Positions 1 through 8,651 are shown, counted from the first letter of the stretch. The stretch: DNA of 42,254 nucleotides from Alphaproteobacteria bacterium (GCA_017543835.1 JAFYFJ010000001.1:1-42254); one strand, 5' to 3'. The notes: generated by a model from the sequence alone, not told the origin. Numbers and translations are program-made.

Positions 1-3000
1 CGCACACCCAAATCGCGCACATATTCTTCCGGAATCAACAACGGCACGCCGGTTGTGATTTGCGGCGCCCAGTCGGAATTGGTCAGCGCGGCATTCATCT
101 CGGCCTCGTGTCCGGCTTTTTGGCGCTGAATTTCCTCATCAAGCATTTGATGATAAAGCGCAATACCCACGTCCTTAATATGCCCTGACTGTTCGGTGCC
201 CAAAACATTACCGGAGCCGCGAATATCCATATCGTGACTGGCAAGCGAAAAGCCCGCACCGAGCGTATCTAACGCCTGCAGAATATTGAGCCGCTTTTCC
301 GCCACCGCATTGAGTTTTTTCTTCGGCGGCACCGTAAAGTAGCAATAGCCGCGGATTTTTGAGCGCCCTATTCTGCCGCGCAGTTGATAGAGCTGCGCCA
401 AGCCGAACATATCGGCGCGATAAATAATCATGGTGTTGACGCGCGGCATATCAATTCCGGACTCAATAATCGTGGTCGAGAGCAAAACATCATATTGTCC
501 GTCGGCAAACGCACCGATAATATCTTCAAGCTGTTTCGGCGGCATTTGTCCGTGCGCCACCGCGATTTTAACATCAGGCACCAACGCGCGCAAAACTTTT
601 TCCATTTGCGGAATATCCGACACCCGCGGACATACAAAAAACGTTTGTCCGCCGCGGAATTTTTCGCGATATATCGCCTCTTTAATCATCACCGTGTCAA
701 ACGGCATCACAAACGTGCGCGCGGCCAAACGGTCTATCGGCGGCGTCGCGATAATGCTGAGTTGCTTCACGCCGGTCAGCGAAAGTTGCAACGTGCGCGG
801 AATCGGCGTTGCGCTCAAGGTCAGAACGTGCACATCGGATTTAAGTGCTTTGAGCTTTTCCTTATGAGCCACACCAAAGTGCTGCTCCTCGTCGATAATC
901 AGCAAGCCCAAATCCGAAAATGCCACATCTTTGGCCAACAGCGCGTGTGTGCCGATAACAATATCCACCGCGCCAGATTTCAAGCCCTCTTTGGTTTCGC
1001 GCGCTTCTTTGGCGGTTGTTAAACGCGAAAGCATACGCACATTCAAAGGAAAGCCCTGCATACGTTCGACAAAGTTGAGATAATGCTGACGCGCGAGCAA
1101 AGTTGTCGGCACCACCAATGCCACCTGCGAGCCCGACATCGCCACCGTGAACGCCGCCCTAAGCGCCACTTCGGTTTTGCCGAAGCCGACATCGCCGCAA
1201 ACAAGCCGGTCCATCGGCTCGCCTGCGCCCAAATCTTGCAACACGTCTTGAATAGCGTGCAACTGGTCATCTGTTTCCGTGAACGGAAACTTTGAGCAAA
1301 ACTCGTCATAAACACCGCCTTGTGTGATAAAACATTCGGCCGATTTCAAGTGTCTTTCTGCCGCAATTTTAATCAGCTTTTCGGCAATATCCTTGATTTT
1401 TTCTTTGACTTTGGCCTTTTTCGCCTGCCATGCCGAACCGCCCAAAACATCGAGCTGAACGTTTTCATCATCCGAGCCGTAACGCGACAAAACATCAATA
1501 TTTTCAACCGGCACAAACAACTTATCGTCGTGCGCATACATAATTTTCAAACAATCGTGCGGCGCACCGCCGGCCGTAATATTTTCAAGCCCCATAAAGC
1601 GCCCGATACCGTGTTCGATATGCACCACCAACTCGCCGACAGAGAGCGCCGACACGTCGGCTATCAAATCTTTCGAGGTAACTTTTTTGGCTTTGCGATG
1701 TTGGCGCTCGCCCAAAATATCCTGCTCGGAAATCAGGCAAAATTCGCCATCGCGAAAACCGTGTGCCAAATCCGCCAACACTAACGGAATCTTTTTGGCC
1801 GACGCCAGTTTTTCCGCCTCATCCCAATTTTGCGCCGTCACAACATTTTTGATTCCGTGTTCGCTCATCAAATTCAGCAAACGCTCACGCGAACCCTCGG
1901 CATAACAACACACTATGCGTTTGAGTTTACCGTTTTCGCTCAAATAATCTTTAAGCTCGGCATAAACCGCCGCACCTTTGGCGTGGGCAAAATCGCGCCC
2001 CGGAATTGTTTTCATATCCGCAACATCATCTGCCGCCACAGCCGATAATGCGCTGAACAGAGCGGCCTTTTTGTCGTGCAGTTTTTGCTCAAATTCATCG
2101 GCAGTCAGATACAACATCTCCGGCTTAATCGGACGATACGGCTCGTCATCAAGCTTGCCGCGCCGCATATTGAGTGCTTCAAGACGCGCGGTATAATAAT
2201 CGGCAACACCCTCCGTTTTGGACTTGAGCGCCTCATCAACATTACGGCCGACCGCTATCGCCGCATTCGGCACATAATCAAACAATGTCGGTAGCGCGTC
2301 TTCATAAAACAGCGGCAGCCAATTTTCCATACCGATATATTTGCGGCGCTCGGAAATCGCTTCGTAAATCTCGTCTTTCATACCGTCGGCACCGAAAAGT
2401 TCGCGGTATTTTTCTCTGAAATTGCGCACGGTGTCCGCGTCCAACACCACTTCGCTCGCCACCTGAAAATCGTATTCTTTAAGCTCGCCCAATGTGCGTT
2501 GCGTCAAGGCATCGAAAAAGCGCAGACGTTCAATTTCGTCATCAAACAAATCAATGCGCAGCGGATAGTCCGCACCGCTCGGAAAAATATCGACAATATC
2601 ACCGCGCACCGCGTATTCGCCGGCTTCCATCACCTGCTCGACGCGGGTATAGCCGTTGAGTGAAATATAATGCAGAAAATCATCAAAATTAAGTGTGCCG
2701 CCAACCGCGATTTTTTTGCGGGCGTTGCGAAAGATTTTGGCCGGCGGCAGTTTTTGCAACACCGCACCCAAGCTCGTTACGATTACAAGCGGTTGCTTGA
2801 ATTCGCCGAACACCAACTGCGAAAGCGTAAAAATACGTTTTGCCTCAATGTTGGGATTGGGCGAAACGCGGTCAAACGGCACCGTATCCCACGCCGGGAA
2901 TTCGAGCACAACAAACTCGGGGTGCGTCAAACGCAACATAGATGCGGTCTGCGCCAACGCATTACCATCGGCGGCAACATAGACCAGCGGACGTTCGGTT

Positions 3001-3089
3001 GCCGCCATCCGCGCCAGCACAAACGGCTCATAGCCGTCGCACACAGATGTTACTTTTTTGCCGCAAAATGCGTTAAAATCGTGTTGCAT
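1..3089 (-). CDS. mfd: Transcription-repair coupling factor Mfd (C-terminal end runs off the left edge of the window)
   Basis: The minus-strand frame is open from the window edge to the ATG at 3089-3087. It is absent from the ORF track because it has no stop in the window. My translation starts MQHDFNAFCGKKV...LEFPAWDTVPFDRVSP. It contains GDVGFGKTEVALRAAF (Walker A), IIDEEQHFGV, LSATPIPRT and LYQLRGRIGRS. The plus-strand ORFs at 384-3212 are shadows of this gene. Confidence 0.93.
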   Translation of the reverse strand, partial: MQHDFNAFCGKKVTSVCDGYEPFVLARMAATERPLVYVAADGNALAQTASMLRLTHPEFVVLEFPAWDTVPFDRVSPNPNIEAKRIFTLSQLVFGEFKQPLVIVTSLGAVLQKLPPAKIFRNARKKIAVGGTLNFDDFLHYISLNGYTRVEQVMEAGEYAVRGDIVDIFPSGADYPLRIDLFDDEIERLRFFDALTQRTLGELKEYDFQVASEVVLDADTVRNFREKYRELFGADGMKDEIYEAISERRKYIGMENWLPLFYEDALPTLFDYVPNAAIAVGRNVDEALKSKTEGVADYYTARLEALNMRRGKLDDEPYRPIKPEMLYLTADEFEQKLHDKKAALFSALSAVAADDVADMKTIPGRDFAHAKGAAVYAELKDYLSENGKLKRIVCCYAEGSRERLLNLMSEHGIKNVVTAQNWDEAEKLASAKKIPLVLADLAHGFRDGEFCLISEQDILGERQHRKAKKVTSKDLIADVSALSVGELVVHIEHGIGRFMGLENITAGGAPHDCLKIMYAHDDKLFVPVENIDVLSRYGSDDENVQLDVLGGSAWQAKKAKVKEKIKDIAEKLIKIAAERHLKSAECFITQGGVYDEFCSKFPFTETDDQLHAIQDVLQDLGAGEPMDRLVCGDVGFGKTEVALRAAFTVAMSGSQVALVVPTTLLARQHYLNFVERMQGFPLNVRMLSRLTTAKEARETKEGLKSGAVDIVIGTHALLAKDVAFSDLGLLIIDEEQHFGVAHKEKLKALKSDVHVLTLSATPIPRTLQLSLTGVKQLSIIATPPIDRLAARTFVMPFDTVMIKEAIYREKFRGGQTFFVCPRVSDIPQMEKVLRALVPDVKIAVAHGQMPPKQLEDIIGAFADGQYDVLLSTTIIESGIDMPRVNTMIIYRADMFGLAQLYQLRGRIGRSKIRGYCYFTVPPKKKLNAVAEKRLNILQALDTLGAGFSLASHDMDIRGSGNVLGTEQSGHIKDVGIALYHQMLDEEIQRQKAGHEAEMNAALTNSDWAPQITTGVPLLIPEEYVRDLGV

Positions 3090-3171
3090 ATCTCTTTCTT
3101 TCTCATAGACAAACTTGATTTGAATATATACAATGCAAATATTATCGCAACAAAAAAGAAGAATAATCAAC

Positions 3172-4035
3172 ATGCGCCCGAGTATTTTATATCCGCTTTT
3201 TGCCCCGATTGATACGCTGACCGGCATCGGCAAGCGCTATTGCACGTTGATGAGTAACCTGTGCGGCGGCAAGGTGCTCGACTTGTTGTGGCATTTTCCG
3301 AGCGGATTTGTGGACCGGCGTTGTAATGTGCCGCTGTGCCGCGCCGCCGACGGCAAAATCTGGACCGGAAAAGTGCGCGTGGTAGAACACGCGGTGCCAA
3401 AAACCAAAAAGCAACCGTATCGCATTGCGGTTGAAGACAATACCGACCAGATGACTTTGGTGTTTTTCAAAGTGTTCGGTGACAGTATTGTCAAGCAATT
3501 TCCGGTGGGGGCGGAAAGGATTATCAGCGGCAAAATCGAAATTTTTAACGGCTTGTTGCAGATGAGCCACCCCGATTATGTGGTTGACCCTGCCAAACCG
3601 GAGTTGATGCCGCTGATTGAAACGGTATATCCGCTGACTGCCGGCGTCACCAACAAAATGCTTAATCGGCAAATTATGCAAGCGCTCGAGCGGGTGCCGG
3701 ATTTGCCGGAGTGGCTCGACGAGCGCTATGTGGCGCAACAAAATTGGCCGCGCTTCAAAGAGGCGGTGTGGACGGTGCATCATCCGCAAACCCTTGCCGA
3801 TATTGAGCCGAATGCACCGGCGCGGCGACGTTTGGCTTATGACGAATTACTCGCCAACCAGCTTTCACTCGCGATTGTGCGCGGTCGGCTCAAAAAGCAA
3901 AAAGGCCGCTCGCTTGCGGGTAACGGTGCACTCAAAGAAAAACTGCGCGCGGTGTTGCCGTTTGCGCTCACCGCCGCTCAAGAGCGCGTGATTGCAGAAA
4001 TCGAGAGCGATTTGTTCAGTGATTATCGAATGTAA
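3172..4035 (+). CDS. recG: ATP-dependent DNA helicase RecG, N-terminal (wedge/OB) fragment, ended by an in-frame TAA at 4033-4035
   Basis: The ORF is 3133-4035. The likely start is Met14 (MRPSILYPLFAPIDTLTGIGKRY, a typical RecG N-terminus). It is in the same frame as ORF 4039-5253, and the TAA falls one residue before the RLLQGDVGSGKT Walker A motif. Confidence 0.85.
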   Translation: MRPSILYPLFAPIDTLTGIGKRYCTLMSNLCGGKVLDLLWHFPSGFVDRRCNVPLCRAADGKIWTGKVRVVEHAVPKTKKQPYRIAVEDNTDQMTLVFFKVFGDSIVKQFPVGAERIISGKIEIFNGLLQMSHPDYVVDPAKPELMPLIETVYPLTAGVTNKMLNRQIMQALERVPDLPEWLDERYVAQQNWPRFKEAVWTVHHPQTLADIEPNAPARRRLAYDELLANQLSLAIVRGRLKKQKGRSLAGNGALKEKLRAVLPFALTAAQERVIAEIESDLFSDYRM

Positions 4036-4038
4036 CGT

Positions 4039-5253
4039 TTGTTGCAAGGTGATGTCGGCAGCGGCAAAACGATTGTGGCGCTGATGACAATGCTCAACGC
4101 GGTCGAGTGCGGGTGTCAGGCGGCAATTATGGCACCGACCGAGATTTTGGCTCAGCAACACGCCGAAACAATTTCCGAGCTGTGTGCCAAAATCGGTGTC
4201 AAAACGGCACTGCTGACGAGCAATATCAAGGGCAAAGCGCGCAAAACTCTTTTGGAAGAACTGGCGGCCGGAAATATCGATATCCTTATCGGAACGCACG
4301 CCCTGTTCACCGAAGATGTGACGTTCAAAGATTTGGCTTATGCGATTGTGGACGAGCAACACCGTTTCGGCGTCAAACAGCGACTGAGTTTGTCGGAAAA
4401 AGGTAATCTCTGTGATGTGCTTGTGATGACGGCAACGCCTATTCCGCGCACGCTTGTGTTGACGCAATTCGGCGATATGGAATATTCTAAAATTGATGAA
4501 CTTCCGGCGGGGCGCAAACCGGTGCGGACAACCGTTATGCCGTTAAGCAAAATCAACAATGTGGTCGAGGCGTTGGCGCGCAAATTATCAACCGGCACAC
4601 AGGCCTATTGGGTGTGTCCGTTGGTGGAGGAGTCCGAAAAAATCGACCTTTCCGCCGCTACCGAGCGCTTTGAGAGTTTGCAAAAAATCTTCGGTAATGC
4701 CGTCGGACTGGTGCACGGTAAAATGAAGGAAGCCGAGAAAAATGCGGTGATGGAAGACTTTAAGCAAGGTAAACTCAAACTCCTTGTTTCGACCACCGTG
4801 ATTGAAGTCGGCGTCAATGTGCCGAATGCGACGATTATGGTGGTGGAACACGCCGAGCGTTTCGGTTTGGCGCAGTTGCATCAGTTGCGCGGGCGGATTA
4901 AGCGCGGCTCGGAGCAAGGAAGCTGTATTTTGATGTATGGCTATCCGCTCAGTGCCGTTTCGCACGAGCGGCTGAACACAATGAAGGCGACCGAGGACGG
5001 CTTTTTAATTGCCGAAGAAGATTTGAAGTTGCGCGGCGGCGGCGAAGTTTTGGGCACACGACAGTCGGGATTTAATAATTTTAAGGTGGCGGATTTGAGC
5101 GTGCACGGCGATTTACTCTTAACGGCGAGCAAAGATGCGGCACTTTTATTGCGGCAAGACCCGAACTTGCAATCGGCGCGCGGCCAAGCCCTCCGCACCC
5201 TACTCTATCTGTTTGAACAAGACGAAATGATACGCACCTACAAAGCGGGATAA
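4039..5253 (+). CDS. recG: RecG helicase core, C-terminal fragment (same frame as 3172-4035; a real independent start is doubtful)
   Basis: It carries LQGDVGSGKT, VDEQHRFGV (DEQH box), MTATPIPRT, QLHQLRGRIKRG and the C-terminal TRG-like LKLRGGGEVLGTRQSG. The track start is a TTG immediately after the stop. Confidence 0.85.
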   Translation: MLQGDVGSGKTIVALMTMLNAVECGCQAAIMAPTEILAQQHAETISELCAKIGVKTALLTSNIKGKARKTLLEELAAGNIDILIGTHALFTEDVTFKDLAYAIVDEQHRFGVKQRLSLSEKGNLCDVLVMTATPIPRTLVLTQFGDMEYSKIDELPAGRKPVRTTVMPLSKINNVVEALARKLSTGTQAYWVCPLVEESEKIDLSAATERFESLQKIFGNAVGLVHGKMKEAEKNAVMEDFKQGKLKLLVSTTVIEVGVNVPNATIMVVEHAERFGLAQLHQLRGRIKRGSEQGSCILMYGYPLSAVSHERLNTMKATEDGFLIAEEDLKLRGGGEVLGTRQSGFNNFKVADLSVHGDLLLTASKDAALLLRQDPNLQSARGQALRTLLYLFEQDEMIRTYKAG

Positions 5254-5321
5254 GGAAAAGAGGTTACAGATAATACTCTGATTTCATTTGCACAATTCCA
5301 AAATTAAGAACACATTTTGAA

Positions 5322-5379
5322 AAATCATCCATCACGTCTTAAATTTGCGGTTTGCAAATTTAAGGCGTGCCCCGAAGGG
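5322..5379 (+). repeat. Hairpin repeat element copy E1 (short form, + orientation)
   Basis: The sequence is AAATCATCCATCAC-GTCTTAAATTTGC-GGTTT-GCAAATTTAAGGC-GTGCCCCGAAGGG. Its first 52 nt are identical to 7048-7099. The family is defined in the findings. Confidence 0.85.
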
Positions 5380-5441
5380 AAGAGTTTACAATACAATTTT
5401 CTCTCAACTATGTTATTTATTCCCTACACAACAAAAATACG

Positions 5442-5471
5442 TTGACAAACATCAGCCGATTGTTTTATGCT
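5442..5471 (+). promoter_or_regulatory. Sigma70-like promoter (TTGACA-N18-TATGCT)
   Basis: TTGACA lies at 5442-5447 and TATGCT at 5466-5471. It sits about 270 nt upstream of the first ORF (5745), with an intrinsic terminator in between. Confidence 0.4.
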
Positions 5472-5685
5472 GAACACGAATGCGAGAGATTGCATTTGGG
5501 GCGTGGAAACCTCTTTATAGGCGTTTGTGCAAAGCGTTAATTTTGCGCGCCGTGATGGTTATATATAGTATGACCGGAGGGCGGCAAAATAAGCCGTTTT
5601 ACATAACATTCATATAGATACTAGTGATATATGCCTGTTTAGGCAAATATGTCGCGCTATTCCTATAAATAGTTTCCAACGTCCG

Positions 5686-5711
5686 GTCGCTTATTCTTAA
5701 GCGACTTTTTT
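5686..5711 (+). terminator. Rho-independent terminator
   Basis: The hairpin is GTCGCTTA-TTCT-TAAGCGAC, followed by TTTTTT. Confidence 0.6.
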
Positions 5712-5744
5712 GTTGGTTAACTTCTTATGGGAAAGGGATAAAAA

Positions 5745-5951
5745 ATGAAAAAGTCGTGTTTTTTCACATTGGGAAGCATTTTGTTATTAGTCTCTTTTAT
5801 TACGTCCTGTTCGTATAGTGAGGAAGAAAAGGCTTGTAGAAAAGATTGTTTGGAAAATCCATATTACGATCAATTTTCAACTTTTATAGAAGGTGAAAAG
5901 AGAAATATGTGTCTAAAAAGATGTCGACATATTACAAGAAAGGATAATTAA
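5745..5951 (+). CDS. Small Cys-rich lipoprotein (68 aa), hypothetical
   Basis: It has the signal peptide MKKSCFFTLGSILLLVSFITSC with an I-T-S-C lipobox. It is the first gene of a tightly packed, AT-rich three-gene operon. Confidence 0.6.
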   Translation: MKKSCFFTLGSILLLVSFITSCSYSEEEKACRKDCLENPYYDQFSTFIEGEKRNMCLKRCRHITRKDN

Positions 5952-5952
5952 A

Positions 5953-6705
5953 ATGTCAAGTGGAGATGATTTTTTTGCTTCATTAATATTAGGTTTAATA
6001 TTTATTGGAGGACCGATTGCTGTGTGTATTGATGTAAATAGAGAAAATAGAGAAAATCAGCAACGAAAAAATGGTTGGCAAGAAAGACGAGATACATTTC
6101 GAACACAACGAAATATAGAACGAACAAACTTTTATAGCTATACAAGTTTTAATAATGATACCGATGCAGAATTTATATTAGATGAAAAACATAGAACGGT
6201 TTGGGCTTCCGATTCTACAGGACAATATGTTGAAATTCCTTTTAAGGAAATTGTTGGTTGCGAAACAATAATTGATAATCAATCTGTTGGAGGAATCGGA
6301 CGAGCTATTGCAGGAGGAATTCTGGCTGGTGGAGCAGGAGCTATTGTTGGAGCACTTACAACGCATAAAAAAATAGCATCTTTCAAATTTGTGATATATC
6401 GTAATAATCTTCAAAAACCGAGTTATTATTATGAATTAATTCATAGCATCTCAAATAATCAAACTGAAAATAATATAAATTACGAAAAAGCTATGCGCTT
6501 TTCTCAAAATGTAACAGCTAGCATTAAAGCAATTATAGCACAGAATGAATCTAAATCTAAATCTGAAATAGAAAAAGAGAATAAGCAAAATAACGAAATC
6601 AATTTAGAAAAACGCCTCAAATCATTAGATAATTTACTGAAAAAAGGACTAATTTCGGACAAAGAATACAACGAAAAACGTAGTCAACTATTGAATGATT
6701 TATAA
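5953..6705 (+). CDS. Membrane protein with a glycine-zipper segment and a C-terminal SHOCT domain
   Basis: It has an N-terminal TM (FFASLILGLIFIGGPIAVCI) and an internal GGIGRAIAGGILAGGAGAIVGAL segment. The C-terminal LEKRLKSLDNLLKKGLISDKEYNEKRSQLL matches the SHOCT pattern from memory. The start lies 1 nt after the upstream stop. Confidence 0.75.
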   Translation: MSSGDDFFASLILGLIFIGGPIAVCIDVNRENRENQQRKNGWQERRDTFRTQRNIERTNFYSYTSFNNDTDAEFILDEKHRTVWASDSTGQYVEIPFKEIVGCETIIDNQSVGGIGRAIAGGILAGGAGAIVGALTTHKKIASFKFVIYRNNLQKPSYYYELIHSISNNQTENNINYEKAMRFSQNVTASIKAIIAQNESKSKSEIEKENKQNNEINLEKRLKSLDNLLKKGLISDKEYNEKRSQLLNDL

Positions 6706-7043
6706 TGAAAAGATGGAAATATTTTGGCATTAAACCTCTGTGTAATCTCAGAGAAGATACAGCACTGCATATTGGAAATTTCTGCTTTCCTTTATGCTAT
6801 CGTTGTAGTGCAATAATTATAAATTTTATTGTTGCCACTATTTTATTGAAAAACGATATTTTTTCAATAGTAATTGGATTTTTATTGATGTTACCTTGTT
6901 TGATAGATGGAATCCTTCAGTATTGTTTTAAAATTAGAAGCACTAATACCAGAAGAATTATAACAGGTTCAATAGCGGGCTGGGGATTAGCTGTGTTATA
7001 TATTTACCTTATCAACTTAATACATTCCCAAAGCACTATTTGA
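6705..7043 (+). CDS. DUF2085-like small membrane protein
   Basis: It carries the CNLREDTALHIGNFCFPLCYRCSAI motif (C-x-R...P-x-C-x-R-C) plus three hydrophobic segments. Its ATG overlaps the upstream TAA by 1 nt. Confidence 0.7.
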   Translation: MKRWKYFGIKPLCNLREDTALHIGNFCFPLCYRCSAIIINFIVATILLKNDIFSIVIGFLLMLPCLIDGILQYCFKIRSTNTRRIITGSIAGWGLAVLYIYLINLIHSQSTI

Positions 7044-7047
7044 TAAC

Positions 7048-7290
7048 AAATCATCCATCACGTCTTAAATTTGCGGTTTGCAAATTTAAGGCGTGCCCCA
7101 AAGGGTAAAATCCGCACCCTCGATGTTCGTCAGCGCCGCCGAACTTCCCCCATTCTTGCGCGCTACCGCACCTCCCCTTCTTCCGCCCTGCCGCACATCT
7201 TACCCTATTCCGCGTCGTGCACAGACCGGTCACAGCCGCCGGCATCGCCTTCTTTGCCGCCAACGCGCGTCGTGCGTTTGCACCTCGGCC
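7048..7290 (+). repeat. Hairpin repeat element copy E2 (long form: hairpin module plus GC-rich module, + orientation)
   Basis: 7048-7099 is identical to E1. The following GC-rich approximately 190 nt aligns, with indels, to the reverse complement of 17215-17348. Shared strings include GGGTAAA(A)TCCGC, CGCCGAACTTCCCC and CCGCCGGCA. Confidence 0.75.
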
Positions 7291-7568
7291 ACATAATCCC
7301 CGCCCGCACTTATACTCGGCATTATGCGTAATAAGTTCGTCATCTGAATACGGCTTTTCGCCTGATGTTTCCAACTCATAACCTTGCCCTTTGCGTATAA
7401 AATACTATATTATTAAGTGTATTCTTTTATATCAACTTCTAAAAGTAATTATAGCAAGCTATTCTTAATGTCAAGCGAAAAAACGCTTGATTTATGCCGC
7501 ACTTTCATCTAAAGTTACTCTCGCAAATCAATTATGAAGATATTTTTACAACTCTAAACTTACAGCTT

Positions 7569-7814
7569 ATGATAACAAATTGCAGAGAAGCGTTGTTGTT
7601 TTTGGTGCAAAAACAGCAAGGTCAATGGAACGAGCTACAATCTCAGATTGAGCCGAAAATGCTCGATTGGTTCAAAACCATGGGGTATATCCGTCACGGC
7701 AAGGATAAGTGGCAGATTACTTCCGCCGGCGTGAAGCAGTCGTTGTTCTATCGCGAGCCGACGCCCGAAGAGCGCGAGCAAGGTCTTTTGATGTATCAGT
7801 TAGGTATACTTTAA
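7569..7814 (+). CDS. Small hypothetical protein, possibly winged-helix-like (81 aa from the ATG at 7569; the ORF is open from 7494)
   Basis: The ATG at 7569 sits in the island-specific GCTTATG context. The sequence is LLFLVQKQQGQWNELQSQI...WFKTMGYIRHGKDKWQITSAG. The function call is weak. Confidence 0.45.
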   Translation: MITNCREALLFLVQKQQGQWNELQSQIEPKMLDWFKTMGYIRHGKDKWQITSAGVKQSLFYREPTPEEREQGLLMYQLGIL

Positions 7815-7825
7815 AATTTTGGCTT

Positions 7826-8131
7826 ATGGATAAAATTGGTGTAACTGAGGTTCGGAAGATTCTGTTAGAAGTGCTCAGCGAATATACCGGACTTTGTGAA
7901 GGTTTGGCAAGTATGGAGAGTATACCCGATGAGAAGTTGCTGAAGACAAATCTTCGTGACGAGTTTGGTATGGACTCGATGGACTTCGAAAGTATGTTTG
8001 ACGAGCTTTATGACCTCTACGGCATCGTCGTTGATGTGCATAATCCGCTGACTCAATTTTCTTTTAAGGAAGAGCCGACTGTGGAGAATTTTATCGAAAT
8101 GGTCAATTATTGCCTGAGTATTGAGGCATAA
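7826..8131 (+). CDS. Acyl-carrier-protein-like protein (101 aa)
   Basis: LRDEFGMDSMDFESMFDELYDLYGIVV matches the ACP phosphopantetheine-site pattern (D-S-hydrophobic-D ... E-x-x-F-G-I). The ATG at 7826 is in the frame of track ORF 7709-8131, and the upstream part of that ORF overlaps the previous gene. Confidence 0.7.
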   Translation: MDKIGVTEVRKILLEVLSEYTGLCEGLASMESIPDEKLLKTNLRDEFGMDSMDFESMFDELYDLYGIVVDVHNPLTQFSFKEEPTVENFIEMVNYCLSIEA

Positions 8132-8137
8132 ATTCTG

Positions 8138-8178
8138 AAAATCCCCCGCCGCCACCGTGCCGCGAGGGATTTTTTTTG
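8138..8178 (+). terminator. Rho-independent terminator T1a (48-nt block identical to 10138-10185)
   Basis: The sequence is AAAATCCCCCGCCGCCACCGTGCCGCGAGGGATTTTTTTT. Confidence 0.75.
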
Positions 8179-8179
8179 T

Positions 8180-8218
8180 TTGACTTTTCCAAAATTTTCG
8201 TCTATAAATCTATTTCAG
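8180..8218 (+). promoter_or_regulatory. Junction promoter module P1
   Basis: TTGACT lies at 8180-8185 directly after the terminator T-run, and TATAAA lies at 8213-8218. It is homologous to P2 and P3. Confidence 0.45.
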
Positions 8219-8264
8219 AATGTAATTATCAAGTTAATCTTTATATTAATTATTTTATTTGCTT

Positions 8265-8651
8265 ATGACAACAGTAATAATTATCGGTATCGTAGGCTTG
8301 TGCATTGTTGCCTTGCACTACGCGTTTGGTTTCCACTATTATTATATTAGTGAGAAACAGTCGTATCACTCAAAAGAAGAGTGGTGGTATAAGAGATGCA
8401 TGGTTGCCGGCGCTTGTTGGAACTTCGCTCTGTTTGTTTTTACGTTTATGTCTTTTATCTTACTTGACCATGCCAACGATGTGACTGTTTCACAAGGAAT
8501 TATCTGCTTTCTGCTGGTAATATGTGAAATTTTTGCCATCGTCGTCGGCTGGGGATTCTGGGCTATCGGAAGAATAGCGCTCGGTTTTGTAGAGGTGTTT
8601 AGTGATGCATTCACTATTCTCTTCTCTAAGGGACAATACGAAAAATGTTGA
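8265..8651 (+). CDS. Small integral membrane protein (128 aa), hypothetical
   Basis: It has four hydrophobic segments. The ATG at 8265 is in the GCTTATG context, and the track start at 8259 is a TTG. Confidence 0.6.
   Translation: MTTVIIIGIVGLCIVALHYAFGFHYYYISEKQSYHSKEEWWYKRCMVAGACWNFALFVFTFMSFILLDHANDVTVSQGIICFLLVICEIFAIVVGWGFWAIGRIALGFVEVFSDAFTILFSKGQYEKC

Noticed and set aside
384-3212. A series of plus-strand ORFs (384-1022, 1320-1784, 2670-3212 and others) covering the first 3 kb
   Set aside because: They lie antisense to a continuous minus-strand frame that translates into a complete set of Mfd motifs. Their products are Arg/His-rich low-complexity strings typical of shadow ORFs.
4033-4035. 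In-frame TAA in recG as evidence of stop-codon reassignment
   Set aside because: TAA clearly terminates many well-delimited genes in the same window, including recG itself and the 5745, 5953 and 9327 genes. A genome-wide recoding is therefore not supported. I treat it as a nonsense mutation or a sequencing error.
7051-7374. 107-aa minus-strand ORF, with overlapping plus-strand ORFs 7071-7331 and 7093-7296
   Set aside because: It falls entirely within the GC-rich module of repeat copy E2 and is open in several frames on both strands. The translation is Arg/Gly/Cys/Ala-rich with no motif, and the homologous module at 17215-17348 does not preserve the frame.
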